Source: a virus (Duplodnaviria > Caudoviricetes). Taken from it: DNA of 47,548 nt. Position numbers and translations under genes: made by a program. The stretch is from positions 1-47,548 of IMG/VR virus record IMGVR_UViG_3300048080_000116. The stretch is one strand, 5' to 3'. Positions 44,509 to 47,548 of this stretch are shown here, piece after piece. How positions within the stretch are numbered: the stretch's first letter is position 1; each line of letters starts with the position of its first letter. The notes under the pieces are model-generated. The model saw only the letters and a program-made list of their open reading frames with translations, had not been told where the DNA came from and did not search any database.

Positions 44509-44960
44509 CCATTCCGAAGATAGGCGCTGATCCCCGTCGGAATGGCATGCGTTTCCGTCAAATGACGCCCCTGGATCGCTTCGAGGCGCATATAGAGCGT
44601 GAGCCGACTAGCGGGTGTTGGCTCTGGATGGGCGCGTTGGATCGCCATGGATATGGGCGAGTTCTCTGGGAAGGGAGGACGCAAGGCGCGCATCGAGTCA
44701 GCTATCAGATTCACGTCGGCCAGATCCTAGCTGAGACGCTCGATCATCGGTGCCGTCTGAGACGGTGCGTGAATCCCGCGCATCTTCGACCGATGACGGG
44801 GAAAGAAAACACACTGATCGGACAGGGAATCGGGGCGCTGTATGCTCGCCGAGTTGAATGTAAACGCGGGCATCCGTTGATTGTCAGGGGCCAGCGGTGC
44901 CGCGACTGCACCCGTCTCCGACAGGCCGATTGGTGGAGGCGCAATCATGGCGCACAATAA
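44505..44960 (+). CDS. HNH endonuclease, 151 aa
   Basis: SGCWLWMG, AHRVSY, LDHRCRLRRCVNPAHL, CKRGH...CRDC. Confidence 0.9.
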   Translation: MTIPKIGADPRRNGMRFRQMTPLDRFEAHIEREPTSGCWLWMGALDRHGYGRVLWEGRTQGAHRVSYQIHVGQILAETLDHRCRLRRCVNPAHLRPMTGKENTLIGQGIGALYARRVECKRGHPLIVRGQRCRDCTRLRQADWWRRNHGAQ

Positions 44961-45210
44961 CACGTGCCCGATCTGTACCGTAACAGCGTACATCTGCCCC
45001 GCGTGTGAAGGGTACGTCTCGAAAGCCGAACTCCGTGAGCGGGAGGCGGCGGTATGGGAGGCGGCGGCGAAGATGTGCCAACACGGGAGCGACGAACCAA
45101 TGACGGGAGACGACGAGCAGATACGCTTTGGGCAAGCTGGCGTGAAATTGGCACTCGGCGTTCTCGCTATTGCATTTCGCGCCCGCGCCGCCGAAGCGAG
45201 CACAGCATGA
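44947..45210 (+). CDS. Hypothetical protein, 87 aa
   Basis: GGAGG RBS; CPIC...CPAC. Confidence 0.6.
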   Translation: MAHNNTCPICTVTAYICPACEGYVSKAELREREAAVWEAAAKMCQHGSDEPMTGDDEQIRFGQAGVKLALGVLAIAFRARAAEASTA

Positions 45211-45386
45211 TCCCCTGTCCCTCGTGCGCGCGCCGGTGTTCCTCCGAGGTGCTCCTCGCGGCCCATCTGATCGACGTGCATGGGCTCACCGCGCCGAGCG
45301 CCGCCACCCGGGCGCAGCTCGTCGCCCGGGACGCGGCCCGCAACGGGCGGCGGCTCGCCAAGAAGGGGCGGGGGAGGAAGGCGTGA
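45207..45386 (+). CDS. C2H2 zinc-finger protein, 59 aa
   Basis: CPSC-x12-HLIDVH. Confidence 0.6.
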   Translation: MIPCPSCARRCSSEVLLAAHLIDVHGLTAPSAATRAQLVARDAARNGRRLAKKGRGRKA

Positions 45387-45766
45387 CGGTCTTTGTGCCT
45401 GGCACTCTTCGCAATCCGCTCAACAACTCGTGGGGGTTTTGGTATAAGCATGCCCGGCTCGCGCGAGACTGGCGGGAGCGGACCTGTCAGCATGTGCTCC
45501 TAGAGACGCGCTCGCTCGGGTCCCCGAGTCTCCCGAAGTCCGTCACCTTCATCGCGCATGTGGGCGCCCTGTGGGACGACGACAATCTCCCCGCCGCGAT
45601 CAAGCCGGTCCGTGATGGTTTGGTTGATGGGCGCGTGATCCATGCCGACGGTCCCGAAAGTGGTCATACGTTCGTCTACCGACAGGTCGTGGACCGCGCC
45701 CGCCGGGGCGTCGAGATCACCGTTAAGCCAGCCGACGCGGCGGCGGTGAGTCGGGAGGGGGGATGA
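45383..45766 (+). CDS. rusA: RusA-like Holliday junction resolvase
   Basis: PLNN, WDDDNL...KPVRDGLVDGRVIHADG, RGVEITV. Confidence 0.7.
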   Translation: MTVFVPGTLRNPLNNSWGFWYKHARLARDWRERTCQHVLLETRSLGSPSLPKSVTFIAHVGALWDDDNLPAAIKPVRDGLVDGRVIHADGPESGHTFVYRQVVDRARRGVEITVKPADAAAVSREGG

Positions 45767-45885
45767 TGCGACTCGTCGTGTGGCTGCTCGCGCTCCTGCT
45801 CCTCGTGGGCCTTGTCTACCTGTTCCGCTGGGATCTCTACATCGGCCTGCCCTGGTTCCGCCTGACGGGGCGCTGGCCGTGGTGA
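45763..45885 (+). CDS. Small membrane protein, 40 aa
   Basis: MMRLVVWLLALLLLVGLVYLF; ATGA coupling. Confidence 0.55.
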   Translation: MMRLVVWLLALLLLVGLVYLFRWDLYIGLPWFRLTGRWPW

Positions 45886-45908
45886 GCGGCACGGCGAAAG
45901 GGGGAGAG

Positions 45909-46070
45909 ATGAGCCAATTCGGCACGTGTCAGAAGAACGAGTGCACGCACCCGGCTGTCGTGGGGCTCAGTGGGGTGTTCCTGTGCCAGCAGCATTTCGA
46001 TGACGCGCTGAAGGAGACCAAGGATGTCGTGGGTGGTATGTTCAAAGCCGCGTTCGGACACGGCCCATGA
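45909..46070 (+). CDS. Small zinc-binding protein, 53 aa, paralog of 34886-35038
   Basis: GGGAG RBS; paralogy. Confidence 0.7.
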   Translation: MSQFGTCQKNECTHPAVVGLSGVFLCQQHFDDALKETKDVVGGMFKAAFGHGP

Positions 46071-46393
46071 TCCCCGCCGGGGCGCTGGCCGTGGTGAAGA
46101 CACGGAGACACACCATGCACCGAGTCGTGGGGGTCGTCGGGCTGTGTCTGGTGGCGTGGGGCGGCTCGGTGTACGCCGCTGAGCCCTCGAACCCCAGCCC
46201 GCCACCGCCCCAGCCGATCGGCGCGCCACGGTGGCTCACGCCGTGGGAGCTGCACATGCTCCGTACCTACCGACTGGTGGAGCTCACACGCCTCGGGGTG
46301 CTGGAGTTCCCTGGCGGCGCGACGGCGGGGCCAGGCGGCGAGGCCGCGGCCGGCGCGGCCACGGGCGGCGGGCATGGGCACGGGACGCACTGA
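46067..46393 (+). CDS. Possible exported protein
   Basis: Signal-peptide-like VVGVVGLCLVAWGGSVYA. Confidence 0.5.
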   Translation: MIPAGALAVVKTRRHTMHRVVGVVGLCLVAWGGSVYAAEPSNPSPPPPQPIGAPRWLTPWELHMLRTYRLVELTRLGVLEFPGGATAGPGGEAAAGAATGGGHGHGTH

Positions 46394-46563
46394 TGGTCCA
46401 CACCTCCCTGCGGGTCTGGCGCGACACAGATAACCGGGCGAAGGACGCCAAGTTCGTCCAGGCCCAGGACGACGAGATCGCGGCCTTGCGGCGGGAGGTC
46501 CAGCGGTTGCGGGCGCTCGTGACCACGCTGGAGATCCAGGCGATGCTGGCGGAGGTGGTGTGA
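46393..46563 (+). CDS. Hypothetical coiled-coil protein, 56 aa
   Basis: TGATG coupling. Confidence 0.5.
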   Translation: MVHTSLRVWRDTDNRAKDAKFVQAQDDEIAALRREVQRLRALVTTLEIQAMLAEVV

Positions 46564-46904
46564 AGCGGACTTCCATGCGCCGCGTGTCGAAGAAAACGCG
46601 CGCAGAACGTTGGCCCGTGCTGGCAGCCCTCCGGGCGCATGTGCTGGCCCGCGCCTCCGGGCGGTGTGAGTGCGTGGCGGAGGGGGGGCTGTGGCATCAC
46701 GGGCGGGTGGAAGTGCATCACGTCGTCAAGCGGAGCCGGGCGCGAGACGACACCCCGGACAACGCCGTGGCGCTCTGCCAGAAGCATCATCAGGCCACGG
46801 ATCGCGCCTTCGCGGAAGGTCGCCTCGTCGTGAGCGCGTTGGGGGGCGAGCGGTTCGCGTTCGCGGTCGTCACGGCGAACGACAAATGGGCGACGCGGGC
46901 GTAA
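46560..46904 (+). CDS. HNH endonuclease, 114 aa
   Basis: RASGRCEC, VEVHHVVKRS, NAVALCQKHH. Confidence 0.8.
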   Translation: MKRTSMRRVSKKTRAERWPVLAALRAHVLARASGRCECVAEGGLWHHGRVEVHHVVKRSRARDDTPDNAVALCQKHHQATDRAFAEGRLVVSALGGERFAFAVVTANDKWATRA

Positions 46905-47419
46905 TCCCCGCGCCGTGGGCGGGGGCGGGCTTCGAGGCGTGGCGGGCGCAGGCCCCCATCCTCGGCCGGGCGGTGCGGGGCATTCAGTGGGTGGTCGCGG
47001 AGTGGATCCTGTACGGGGAGGCGCACTATGGGGAACGGGCGGCGCAGGCGATCAGTGAGACGGGGCTGGCCCCGCACACGATCTTGAACATCCTCGCCGT
47101 CGCGCGGGCCTTCCCCGAGCCATCCCGTCGTCGGGACGCGCTCTCGTTCGCCCACCATGAGGCGGTGGCGGCGCTGCAACCCGTCGAGCAGGACATCTGG
47201 TTGGATGCGGCCGCGCGCGGCGAATGGAGCGTGACCCGCTTGCGGCAGGCCGTCCGCGCGAAGGGAGACCGGCCCGCGCCGGGCGTGCCCCTGGCCGAGC
47301 TCGGGGATCGGCTGGCGGCGGCGGCGCTGGTCGTGCTGGAGGAAAACACGCCCGATACGCCTGCGGCGGCGGCCCTGCGCGATCTGGCCCACGACTGGCA
47401 GAAGAGGAGACAGAGATGA
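46886..47419 (+). CDS. LmbU-like DNA-binding regulator
   Basis: QWVVAEWILYGEAHYGE, ETGLAPHTILN...VARAF, RRRDALSFAHHEAVAAL, WLDAA...WSVTRLR. Confidence 0.72.
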   Translation: MGDAGVIPAPWAGAGFEAWRAQAPILGRAVRGIQWVVAEWILYGEAHYGERAAQAISETGLAPHTILNILAVARAFPEPSRRRDALSFAHHEAVAALQPVEQDIWLDAAARGEWSVTRLRQAVRAKGDRPAPGVPLAELGDRLAAAALVVLEENTPDTPAAAALRDLAHDWQKRRQR

Positions 47420-47548
47420 CGGACGCCCGCTACCTCGCCACGCTCCTGACGGCGCTCACTCTTGCCTGCCTGCTGGCGGTGAGCCTGTGGCCCACGATCG
47501 CCTGCCGGGCGTGCGCCGCAGACATCCAACGCGATCGCGTGCTGCTGC
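47416..47548 (+). CDS. Membrane-anchored protein, continues across the junction to position 101
   Basis: ATGA start; in-frame continuation PVKTLYQLETTEPERAALLQMVATCEALGKGTG*. Confidence 0.6.
   Translation, partial: MTDARYLATLLTALTLACLLAVSLWPTIACRACAADIQRDRVLL

Larger units (their letters stand above)
1..47548. mobile_element. Apparently complete tailed-phage genome (podovirus-like), circular or circularly permuted
   Basis: Terminase, portal, capsid, tail tube, ejection and lysozyme genes in one operon; no tape measure or sheath; no host housekeeping genes; ORF from 47416 continues in frame through position 1 to TGA 99-101, which overlaps the next ATG. Confidence 0.9.

Noticed and set aside
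1-47548. tRNA, rRNA, integrase/attP, alternative genetic code
   Set aside because: No cloverleaf or recombinase motifs noticed by eye; core genes are intact under the standard code and use all three stops

Overview
The window looks like a complete, circularly permuted genome of a GC-rich tailed dsDNA phage with podovirus-like architecture; the last ORF reads in frame across the end-to-start junction. A long minus-strand late operon (about 34035 down to 2678) encodes a candidate small terminase, a large terminase split into separate ATPase and nuclease genes, portal, scaffold, major capsid, a block of tail/accessory genes (including a 958-aa signal-peptide protein and an O-antigen-ligase-like membrane protein), tail tube/stabilisation proteins, four probable ejection proteins and a lysozyme. 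The rest is early/middle genes: replication initiator with iterons, ssDNA-annealing-like protein, RusA-like resolvase, LmbU-like regulator, a beta-class DNA methyltransferase, four HNH nucleases and many small ORFs. I see no integrase, CI-type repressor, ParA/ParB, DNA polymerase, tRNA or CRISPR array. The most unusual features are: (1) an HNH gene with its own leaderless -10 box inserted antisense and in frame inside the DNA methyltransferase, with no intein or intron hallmarks; (2) a second antisense gene (S4-like) with a full leaderless sigma70 promoter inside the late operon, whose opposite strand is also a coupled ORF and which could be flipped at ATGA/TCAT ends into a perfectly coupled gene; (3) a perfect chromosomal-type parS palindrome without par genes; (4) an Sm/LSm-fold gene abutting a (Ser-Arg/Gly/Trp)26 protein; (5) a switch-like leader RNA on the replication initiator; (6) a candidate -1 frameshift. 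All family calls come from motif recognition by eye, not database searches.
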